Below are positions 38,471 through 44,998 of a stretch of DNA of 44,998 bases, in pieces. Source of the stretch: an uncultured Gammaproteobacteria bacterium. GTDB taxonomy: Bacteria > Patescibacteriota > Patescibacteriia > Magasanikbacterales > JBBTQS01. Position numbers and translations under genes: made by a program. The notes under the pieces were generated by a model, which worked only from the letters and a program-made list of their open reading frames with translations, was not told the origin of the DNA and searched no databases. The stretch is from positions 3,448 through 48,445 of the forward strand of contig CAZVIA010000008.1 in the NCBI GenBank assembly GCA_964627525.1, given 5' to 3'. Each line of letters opens with the position of its first letter. The first letter of the stretch is position 1.

Positions 38471-38878
38471 ATGTCGATTTTAAACTTATTTGATATGGGA
38501 TACTGGTTTGGACGACCAGTTATTCTTACAAGCAAAACCTTGATGATTTATTTGGTGATTTTTGGATTGATAATTTTGTTGGGAATTGTTTTTAAGAGTG
38601 TTGCGTCAAAAGGTGGGCTGGAAAAGTTTGTATCAAAAATTTTGAGCCGATGGGGAAGTTTATTTTTAACAATGGGATTTCTTGGGTTAGTGTATGTGTG
38701 GTTAAGATATGAACGTGCACCATGGATTTCATATAGATGTGTGTTGGGATTGTGGGGGGTTGTGTTGATTTGGTGGGCGTATAAAATTTCATACTATCAA
38801 AAGAAAAAAGTTCCAAAGTTGCGCGAACGACACATAAGAGATGCGCAACGTTATGCTTACTTACCAAAAAATAAATAA
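38471..38878 (+). CDS. Hypothetical membrane protein (3 TM)
   Basis: 135 aa, three hydrophobic helices, basic C-terminus ending YLPK. Confidence 0.75.
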   Translation: MSILNLFDMGYWFGRPVILTSKTLMIYLVIFGLIILLGIVFKSVASKGGLEKFVSKILSRWGSLFLTMGFLGLVYVWLRYERAPWISYRCVLGLWGVVLIWWAYKISYYQKKKVPKLRERHIRDAQRYAYLPKNK

Positions 38879-39278
38879 AGTCGGTCGGGCTGAAGTTTGT
38901 CGAGCTGAAGTTGGAAAGCGTGGTGAAAATATTGCTGCGTTTTTTCTTGTGCGTCGCGGTTGTGTTCTGTTGGCACGGAATTTTAAAACTCGTTATGGTG
39001 AGATTGATTTGATTTTGGAAGATTGTTCAGGTGGGGGTGTTGGTGTTAGTGCAGAAAAGTGTTTGGTTTTTTGTGAAGTGAAAACTCGGAGTAAAGGAAC
39101 TGTTGCTCAAGGTGCATGGGCTGTAAATTTTAAAAAGCGTCAGCGATTGTTAAAAGCTGCTAAAAGTTATGTAAAAAGTCGTGGTTTGTTTGGTGTAAAA
39201 ATGAGGTTTGATGTTGTGGTTATTTTGTTGGGTGAAGCAAAAGTTAAAATTGTGCATTATAAAAATGTTGAAGTTTAA
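38841..39278 (+). CDS. yraN: YraN-family (UPF0102) endonuclease-like protein; start uncertain
   Basis: GKRGENIAAFFL...LARNFKTRYGEIDLI...LVFCEVKTR...RFDVV. Confidence 0.88.
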   Translation: MRNVMLTYQKINKVGRAEVCRAEVGKRGENIAAFFLVRRGCVLLARNFKTRYGEIDLILEDCSGGGVGVSAEKCLVFCEVKTRSKGTVAQGAWAVNFKKRQRLLKAAKSYVKSRGLFGVKMRFDVVVILLGEAKVKIVHYKNVEV

Positions 39279-39328
39279 TTTTGTAATGTTGCCTTTGTGA
39301 TAAGTTTTGAAAAAAATTTTTAAAAAAG

Positions 39329-39495
39329 AAAAACCTTGAGAAGAAAGTGGCTCTAATCCACTGGAAGAATATTTCTCAAGGTTTTTGTTGTGGGCAAGTG
39401 GTATGGACTACCTATTAGATGCGCCCTCTTATCCACTTGCCCAGGTTTTTTTCGGAGAATGCATGAGGTAACCAAAGCTGCCTGATATCTCCGAA
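39329..39495 (-). ncRNA. Stand-alone dual-spacer stem-loop array, 3 units (TIGR-like candidate)
   Basis: Minus strand TTCGGAG-[ATA tcaggcagct T TGGT TA cctcatgca TT]-CTCCGAA; TGGGCAAGTGG-[ATA agagggcgca T CTAA TA ggtagtcca TA]-CCACTTGCCCA; AAAAACCTTGAGAA-[ATA ttcttccag T GGAT TA gagccactt TC]-TTCTCAAGGTTTTT. Confidence 0.75.
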
Positions 39496-39501
39496 GAAAT
39501 T

Positions 39502-39567
39502 AATATATCAGGTTTGAGAAATTTGTCAATAGTATTATTTGACAAACTTTAAAAAACAATATATATT
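39502..39567. promoter_or_regulatory. Back-to-back sigma70 promoters (array on minus strand, nusA operon on plus strand)
   Basis: Minus: TTGACA (39529-39524), 16 bp, TATATT. Plus: TTGACA (39539-39544), 17 bp, TATATT (39562-39567). Confidence 0.6.
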
Positions 39568-39630
39568 GTTCTCAACACTAGTATTCTTAAACTAGTGATT
39601 TTTTATACCTAATCTATTAAATAACAAAAT

Positions 39631-40878
39631 ATGTCCAATGACATTGTTCAGGCGATTAAGAATATTGCTGAAGAAAAAGGCCTTTCGTACGAAGCTGTTT
39701 TAGAAACTTTGCAAATTGCATTGGCAGCTGCTTATCGTAAAGATTTTGGAAATAAACAACAAAATGTTTTTGTAGAATTTGATCCTGAGAATGGAGACAT
39801 GAATGTTTTTGATATAAAAACTGTTGTGCCAGATATGGATTTGGAAAAACTTGCAGAGCTTGCTGAAAAAGAATCTAAGTTGCGCGCAGAAGCAATTGAA
39901 AAAGGTGAAGAGCCACCAGAGTCAGATCCAAATCGTCCGCGTTTTAATCCAAAAACAGATATCATGATTACTGATGCAACAGAACTTGATGCAAAAGCAG
40001 AAATTGGTAAGGAGTTGAAGCAAAAATTAGAAGTGCCTGCAGCTTTTGGACGTATGGCAGCTCAAACAGCAAAGCAAGTGATCATGCAAAAGTTGCGTGA
40101 GGCAGAACGCGAAACTGTTTTTGCTGAATTTGAAGATCGTGCTGGAGAAATTGTAATGGGAAATGTTCAACGACGTGATGGCAGAAATGTTTTGTTTGAT
40201 ATTGGAAAGGGAACAGGTGTGATGTTGTTGGAAGGGCAAGTGCAAACTGAACGTTATGAACCAGGTGGTCGTTACAAATTATTAATTGAAAGAGTTGGAA
40301 TGGGACCAAAGGGTCCAGAAATTATTGTGTCACGTTCACATCCAGATTTTGTTGCAAAAATTTTTGAAATGGAAATTCCAGAAATTGCAAATGAGTTTGT
40401 TGAGATCAAAGGTATTGCTCGTGAAGCTGGGGCTAGAAGTAAGGTTGCTGTTTGGACAGACGAAGATGGTGTAGATCCAGTTGGGGCATGTATTGGTCAG
40501 CGCGGAACCCGTATTCAAACAATTATTAATGAATTAGGTGGTGAAAAAATCGATATAATTTTGTTTGAAGAAGACGATGAAGAATATATTCGTCAGTCAT
40601 TGTCTCCTGCAAAAGTTTTGAAAATAGATTTGACTGAAGAAAAAAATGCTGAAGATGAGGTTGAAAAGTTGGCGACTGTTACTGTTGAGGAAGATCAGTT
40701 TTCTTTGGCAATTGGTAAGGGTGGGCAAAATGTTCGTTTAGCTGCTCGATTAACTGGTTGGAAAATAAATGTGCATCAAGATGGTGCGCCAGAGGAAGAA
40801 GTAATAGAGGGTGAAGAAGTTGAAAAACCAGAAGAAACAACTGAAGAAACTCAAGACGATAGTAAAGAAACTGAATAA
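39631..40878 (+). CDS. nusA: Transcription termination/antitermination factor NusA
   Basis: FGRMAAQTAKQVIMQ, S1 domain, AREAGARSKVAV, DPVGACIGQRG, SLAIGKGGQNVRLAARLTGWKI. Confidence 0.98.
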   Translation: MSNDIVQAIKNIAEEKGLSYEAVLETLQIALAAAYRKDFGNKQQNVFVEFDPENGDMNVFDIKTVVPDMDLEKLAELAEKESKLRAEAIEKGEEPPESDPNRPRFNPKTDIMITDATELDAKAEIGKELKQKLEVPAAFGRMAAQTAKQVIMQKLREAERETVFAEFEDRAGEIVMGNVQRRDGRNVLFDIGKGTGVMLLEGQVQTERYEPGGRYKLLIERVGMGPKGPEIIVSRSHPDFVAKIFEMEIPEIANEFVEIKGIAREAGARSKVAVWTDEDGVDPVGACIGQRGTRIQTIINELGGEKIDIILFEEDDEEYIRQSLSPAKVLKIDLTEEKNAEDEVEKLATVTVEEDQFSLAIGKGGQNVRLAARLTGWKINVHQDGAPEEEVIEGEEVEKPEETTEETQDDSKETE

Positions 40879-40908
40879 AAGTTATAATACTATCAAATTA
40901 AAATTCTT

Positions 40909-41652
40909 ATGAAAGCTTTATTTAATCAGCTCATTATCCAGCCATTGTTTAATTTATTTGTTTTTTTGTATAACATTGTGCCTGGAAACGATGCAGGTGT
41001 GGCAATAATTTTGTTAACAATAATAATTAAGTTAGCATTATTTCCATTGTCTGCTTCTTCAATCAAGTCTCAAAAAGCAATGTCAGAGTTGCAGCCAAAA
41101 ATTAATGCATTAAAAGAAAAATACAAAGACGACAAACAAGGTTTGGCACAAGCAACAATGGAGTTGTATAAAAATAATAAAGTAAGTCCGTTTTCATCTT
41201 GTTTGCCAATGTTGATTCAGTTGCCGATTTTGTTGGGGTTGTATTGGATGTTACGTGCAGGTTTGAGTGGAGAAAGTTTTGACTTGTTGTATAGTTTTAT
41301 TGGTCATCCTGGAGAATTAAACACAACTGCATTTGGATTTTTGGACTTAGTTGCTCCATCTGTTGGTTTGGCATTCTTAGCTGGTGGTGCGCAGTATTTG
41401 CAAGCAAAAATGTTTTCACAAAATAAACCTGTTGTTAAAACCGATGGTTCAAAAGATGAAAGCATGATGGCAAACATGAATAAGCAAATGACTTATATTA
41501 TGCCGATCATTACAATTGTGATTGGTATGCAGTTGCCAGCTGGTTTGACTTTGTACTGGTTCTTGTCTACTTTGTTAACTTTTGTTCAGCAGAAAATTTT
41601 GTTTAAAAAAATGAAAACTCAAGAAGCTGCACCAGAAATTATCAATCCATAA
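40909..41652 (+). CDS. yidC: Membrane protein insertase YidC (short form)
   Basis: AIILLTIIIKLALFPL...LQPKI..LKEKYK...MELYK...SSCLPMLIQLPIL...PAGLTLYW. Confidence 0.96.
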   Translation: MKALFNQLIIQPLFNLFVFLYNIVPGNDAGVAIILLTIIIKLALFPLSASSIKSQKAMSELQPKINALKEKYKDDKQGLAQATMELYKNNKVSPFSSCLPMLIQLPILLGLYWMLRAGLSGESFDLLYSFIGHPGELNTTAFGFLDLVAPSVGLAFLAGGAQYLQAKMFSQNKPVVKTDGSKDESMMANMNKQMTYIMPIITIVIGMQLPAGLTLYWFLSTLLTFVQQKILFKKMKTQEAAPEIINP

Positions 41653-41675
41653 AGTTTGAGGTCTAAGTTGAAAAT

Positions 41676-41996
41676 ATGCAAATGCACCACAGTAAATTAA
41701 TTGGATTAAATGTTTTGACTCAATCTAGAAAAAAGATTGGGAAAATTATTGGTCTGATTATTGATCCTGAATCACAGAGTGTTTTGCAGTATGAAGTGAA
41801 AAAAGGATTTTTTGGTGGTTTGTTGTTAATAAATCGTTCGCAGGTTTTGTCTTTAAATGAAGGTGGAATGGTGGTAGAAGATTTAAATGTTAGTGAGGTT
41901 GTTGAGGAAGGTGATAAAGTTGAAAAAGCTGAAGTAAAAATTTCTGTAACTGGAAAAGATCAAGCTCCTGCTCTTTCAACAGAAACTGAAATATAA
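41676..41996 (+). CDS. PRC-barrel domain protein
   Basis: LIGLNVLTQS.KKIGKI..LIIDP pattern. Confidence 0.7.
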   Translation: MQMHHSKLIGLNVLTQSRKKIGKIIGLIIDPESQSVLQYEVKKGFFGGLLLINRSQVLSLNEGGMVVEDLNVSEVVEEGDKVEKAEVKISVTGKDQAPALSTETEI

Positions 41997-42000
41997 AAAT

Positions 42001-42861
42001 ATGAATAATTTGATCAAAGATAAGCATGGTGTTCGTGCGTTCTTTGATATGTTTGGGCGTGATTTGGGAAATGGTGAGGAAAGATTTTTTTGTGATGTTT
42101 TTGAAGTTGGGGGAAATGTTGTGGAGGAAAAAGTGGAGGGAAAAAAGGAAGGTGTTGTTGAAGGTAAGGATTTTATGGGCAAAATTTGTCCAGCAAATTT
42201 TGCCCACTCAACTCGCAAATGGCGTCAAGCAATTCGTGTTGCAAAACTTTTACAAATTTTTCCGTGGATTGAAGGTGTTGCTGCGTCAAATACTTTGGCA
42301 ATGTTGTGTGTTCATAAAAATAGTGATATTGATTTTTTTGTTTTATGCAAAAGCGGGCGAGTGTGGTTGTCTCGGTTTTTTGTAAATGTTGTGTTGAAAT
42401 TTTTGCGCTTGCGTCCAGGTGAAGCAAAAAAAGATCCAGTGTGTCCTTGTTTTTTTGTGAGTCGTGATGCTTATAATTTATCTAAAATTGCTTTGCCTAA
42501 AGGAGATAGTTATTTGCATTTTTGGTTAGCGACTTTAACTCCGATTTGGCAAGTGCGAGAGTCTTTTGATGATTTTTTTGCGGCAAATATTTGGGCTTTA
42601 AAAAGAGAGTATAAAATTCAGCATCAAATTGGTTTTTGGGCTAAAGTGTTGCGAGGTGTTTTTAAAATTTTTGACTTTAATGTTTTTGAAAAAATTTCCC
42701 GTTGGATTCAAAATAAAAAATTCTCCAAACAAATTCTTGAATTATCTAAAGAACCAAACAGTGCAATTGTGATTAACAATTCAATGTTAAAGTTTCACAA
42801 AAATGATCGGCGCGCACAATATCATAATGTATGGACAAAAAAATCATCACAAAATATTTAG
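42001..42861 (+). CDS. Hypothetical protein with nucleotidyltransferase-like motif
   Basis: PWIEGVAASNTLA......SDIDFFV...GRVWLSR resembles the pol-beta NTase DxD motif; start uncertain. Confidence 0.6.
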   Translation: MNNLIKDKHGVRAFFDMFGRDLGNGEERFFCDVFEVGGNVVEEKVEGKKEGVVEGKDFMGKICPANFAHSTRKWRQAIRVAKLLQIFPWIEGVAASNTLAMLCVHKNSDIDFFVLCKSGRVWLSRFFVNVVLKFLRLRPGEAKKDPVCPCFFVSRDAYNLSKIALPKGDSYLHFWLATLTPIWQVRESFDDFFAANIWALKREYKIQHQIGFWAKVLRGVFKIFDFNVFEKISRWIQNKKFSKQILELSKEPNSAIVINNSMLKFHKNDRRAQYHNVWTKKSSQNI

Positions 42862-44090
42862 CAACAAAGTATTTGGCAATTGTTTTTTTCTTTTTGCTTC
42901 CTTTGCAGACACACTTAACTTTTTTTACACCAATGTACGAAGGTAGGGTTTGGTCTTTTGGTGTACAAAGAATTTTTGCAATGGAAATATTTTTGGGAAT
43001 TTTTTTGTTGGCGCTGTTGTTTGCCACAAGCACTACAAAAAGTTTTTTTCAAAAAAAATATTTGTGGTTAATTTGGATTGGAATAATTTTTTATGCGTGG
43101 GCTGCAGGATCTTTGGAAGCATTGCATTTATTTAGTTTGATAGGAGTTGGAATTGCAACTTCAGTTTCAATAAAAAGATTTGGCGCGCAAACAATTTTAA
43201 CAAGTTTTGTGGTTGGAATGTTGTTGGTTTCTATTTTTGGGGCTTTTCAATATTTGGAACAAACAAGTCCTGGTACAAAATGGTTGGGAATTTCTTCGCA
43301 TGCTCCAGAAGTTTTAGGGGATTCAGTTGTGCTTGTTAAAGGGGAGAGAATTTTAAGAAGTTATGGTGTTTTTGAGCATCCAAATATTTTTGGGGGATAT
43401 TTGGTAGTAGCAATAATAAGTGTGTTGCTTTTGTTTTCACAAAAAATAAAAGATCAATCAAACACAAAAAATCATTCAATGTTGTTTATTTGGTTGGTAA
43501 TTTTTTTCAGTGCGCTTGTGTGGACTTTTTCAAGAAGTGCATGGTTGGGATTAATAACAATCGGTTTGATTTTGTATTGGATGTTTAAGAAAAAATATTT
43601 AGAAAAAATAAAATTAAAAATCAAACCTTTAGCGCTGTTAAGTTCGCTTGGTTTAATAATTATTGTTTTTGTAATTTCTTGGTCAGCGATTCAAACTCGC
43701 TTAGGACAAAATTATTTGCAAAATGATTTTGAACAAAGGTCAATTTCAGAAAGAGTAGAAGGTTTTGAAAAATGGAAAGAAATTTTTTCAGAAAACTGGT
43801 TGTTAGGAACTAGAGTAGGAAACTATACTGCGGATTTTGATAAGCCAGTGCATAATAGTTTTTTGTTAGCACTAGCTGAAATTGGAGTGATTGGAAGTTT
43901 GTTTTTCACAATATGTTTTTATGGAGTTTTTTGTGAAAATAAAAAAGCTTTAATATTGTTTTTGCCTTTTGTGATGATTGCAATGTTTGACCATTATTTG
44001 TGGTCTAGTTATGCGGGTTTAGTGTTAGTTGGTTTGGTCGCAGGATTAATACACAGTTCATCCACAATTTTTCCACAGAAATTACCTTGA
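42831..44090 (+). CDS. O-antigen ligase family membrane protein
   Basis: Many TM helices; RSYGVFEHPNIFGGYL, TFSRSAWLG, ER, PVHNSFLLALAEIGVIG, FDHY. Confidence 0.9.
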   Translation: MDKKIITKYLATKYLAIVFFFLLPLQTHLTFFTPMYEGRVWSFGVQRIFAMEIFLGIFLLALLFATSTTKSFFQKKYLWLIWIGIIFYAWAAGSLEALHLFSLIGVGIATSVSIKRFGAQTILTSFVVGMLLVSIFGAFQYLEQTSPGTKWLGISSHAPEVLGDSVVLVKGERILRSYGVFEHPNIFGGYLVVAIISVLLLFSQKIKDQSNTKNHSMLFIWLVIFFSALVWTFSRSAWLGLITIGLILYWMFKKKYLEKIKLKIKPLALLSSLGLIIIVFVISWSAIQTRLGQNYLQNDFEQRSISERVEGFEKWKEIFSENWLLGTRVGNYTADFDKPVHNSFLLALAEIGVIGSLFFTICFYGVFCENKKALILFLPFVMIAMFDHYLWSSYAGLVLVGLVAGLIHSSSTIFPQKLP

Positions 44091-44121
44091 CAAAAGATTT
44101 TTTTTCACAAATAATGTAAGT

Positions 44122-44460
44122 ACCACCATTGTGTGGATTTCATTACAAAAAATATGGTCGCTTATAAAGATTTTATGCCCTCTTACCGTAGTAGATCTTT
44201 GTAAGTTGTTTGGAGCATTCTGTCACACTACGATTTTATGTGGTTGATTGCCTAGTCGGCTCACAGTGTTTAAGATAGTATCTAATTCACGGCTGCATAT
44301 TATACGAGCGGATGGGTTGTAATAATTCAGACAAACCTGTATTCGTGCGTCTCCCTTACATCCTCAATACATAAGTAATTGGGGGTCATCATGCATGAGC
44401 TTGGCCATATTCTTTTTTGCCATGTTGATTTCAAAAAAATCAGCCGCGGTAGGAGGGCTC
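44122..44460 (+). ncRNA. Candidate large structured ncRNA with long-range pseudoknot, family unknown
   Basis: Nested helices with many G-U pairs, a 13-bp loop/3'-tail complement, an upstream TTGACA-17-AATAAT and a downstream terminator; no ORF in the track. Confidence 0.6.
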
Positions 44461-44461
44461 C

Positions 44462-44492
44462 AAAAGACCTTTGGTTTTATCAGAGGTTTTTT
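44462..44492 (+). terminator. Intrinsic terminator
   Basis: GACCTTTGGT-TTT-ATCAGAGGTT followed by a T run. Confidence 0.75.
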
Positions 44493-44530
44493 GTTTTCGC
44501 TAAAATAAGCCAAAAAATAAAGATTAGCTA

Positions 44531-44559
44531 TTGACAAAATCCATCAAATATGCTATATT
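44531..44559 (+). promoter_or_regulatory. Sigma70 promoter
   Basis: TTGACA (44531-44536), 17 bp, TATATT with extended -10 TG. Confidence 0.7.
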
Positions 44560-44619
44560 TTGATCAACCACAAAAGCAACGCAGTTCACAAGAACACTGT
44601 TGCAAAGGAGAATCTGACC

Positions 44620-44998
44620 ATGAGCAATAATTTAATGCTCGATGTTGGTTTGGCAAATGAAATCAAGTTGGCAGCGCGCCGAGCTGGTGCTACGCTAACT
44701 GATTTGAAACGACTTGCTGAAGGAAACAACCTCGCCACAATCCTACCAGTCCTTCGCGGACAGGCAGAGGTCGTGGTCAAGAAACACATCATCGATTGCG
44801 ACGCCGACCCCTTCATCCCAGAGGGCTGGTCTGTGGAGGAACATCAGAAGGGTGGGCAGTTGGAGTGGAATCCAGAAAAGATTCAACTCTGGCTTTCCAA
44901 GTCTCAGAAAGATGGTGGTACGATTGAGGGCAACAAGCTCCGTAAGGAGCTTAAGTCCCAATCAGTACTCAACGCTAATGTGTTGGACTACCTACTTG
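44620..44998 (+). CDS. CPR hypothetical protein, truncated by window edge (resembles DGR-target-like family)
   Basis: Read manually: SD AAGGAG, then MSNNLMLDVGLANEIKLAARRAG...HIIDCDADPFIPEGWSVEEHQKGGQLEWNPEKIQLWLSKSQK...GNKLRKEL...VLNANVLDYLL; open to window end; clearly higher GC than neighbours. Confidence 0.8.
   Translation, partial: MSNNLMLDVGLANEIKLAARRAGATLTDLKRLAEGNNLATILPVLRGQAEVVVKKHIIDCDADPFIPEGWSVEEHQKGGQLEWNPEKIQLWLSKSQKDGGTIEGNKLRKELKSQSVLNANVLDYLL

Noticed and set aside
39402..39432. Spacer GGTAGTCCA (and AACGATG in the 17997 unit) resembles conserved 16S rRNA sequence, suggesting box C/D-like rRNA guides
   Set aside because: The matches are sense rather than antisense and only 7-9 nt; one such hit among 20 spacers is expected by chance.
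17997..39495. CRISPR interpretation of the stem-loop units
   Set aside because: No identical direct repeats of 23-47 bp, no full-length spacers and no cas genes.
44047..44077. DnaA-box-like 9-mers TCATCCACA (44058-44066) and TTTTCCACA (44069-44077), possible oriC
   Set aside because: Imperfect, few, inside a CDS end, and with no dnaA/dnaN or clear unwinding element nearby.
44122..44460. tmRNA or raiA-motif identity for the structured RNA
   Set aside because: No tRNA-like ends, T-loop or tag ORF; resemblance to raiA is limited to a few short words.
1..44998. Alternative genetic code (UGA recoding as in Gracilibacteria/Absconditabacteria)
   Set aside because: Conserved genes are full length under code 11, and TGA terminates the kinase and O-antigen ligase ORFs at plausible ends.

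Overview
AT-rich (roughly one-third GC) bacterial chromosomal window using the standard genetic code. Gene content looks like Patescibacteria/CPR (inference from pilin-like giant proteins, typical hypothetical families and mostly SD-less starts). It holds three GT4 glycosyltransferases, a priming sugar transferase, RNase P RNA, trpS, rnj, a peptide-binding protein, secG, DsbA plus a 1079-aa Cys-rich pilin-like protein, uvrA, rplS, cmk, an RluA-family synthase, tRNA-Ile(UAU), a queuosine-precursor transporter, a 1980-aa surface protein, a DHH protein, tyrS, argS, bactofilin, tRNA-Leu, a myxobacterial-style Ser/Thr kinase and PEGA protein, tRNA-Val, yraN, nusA, yidC and an O-antigen ligase. Main observation: ten intergenic stem-loops at five loci. 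Their stems mostly differ, but all share a 30-31 nt loop of form ATA-N9(10)-T-N4-TA-N9-T-N1-2, i.e. two variable ~9-nt segments in a fixed frame. This resembles TIGR stem-loop dual-spacer guide-RNA arrays; no effector gene is visible in the window. Also notable: a ~340-nt structured ncRNA candidate with a 13-bp pseudoknot, a 16-bp inverted repeat bracketing the giant surface gene, and a mini-element at tRNA-Val. All calls were made by eye, without database searches.
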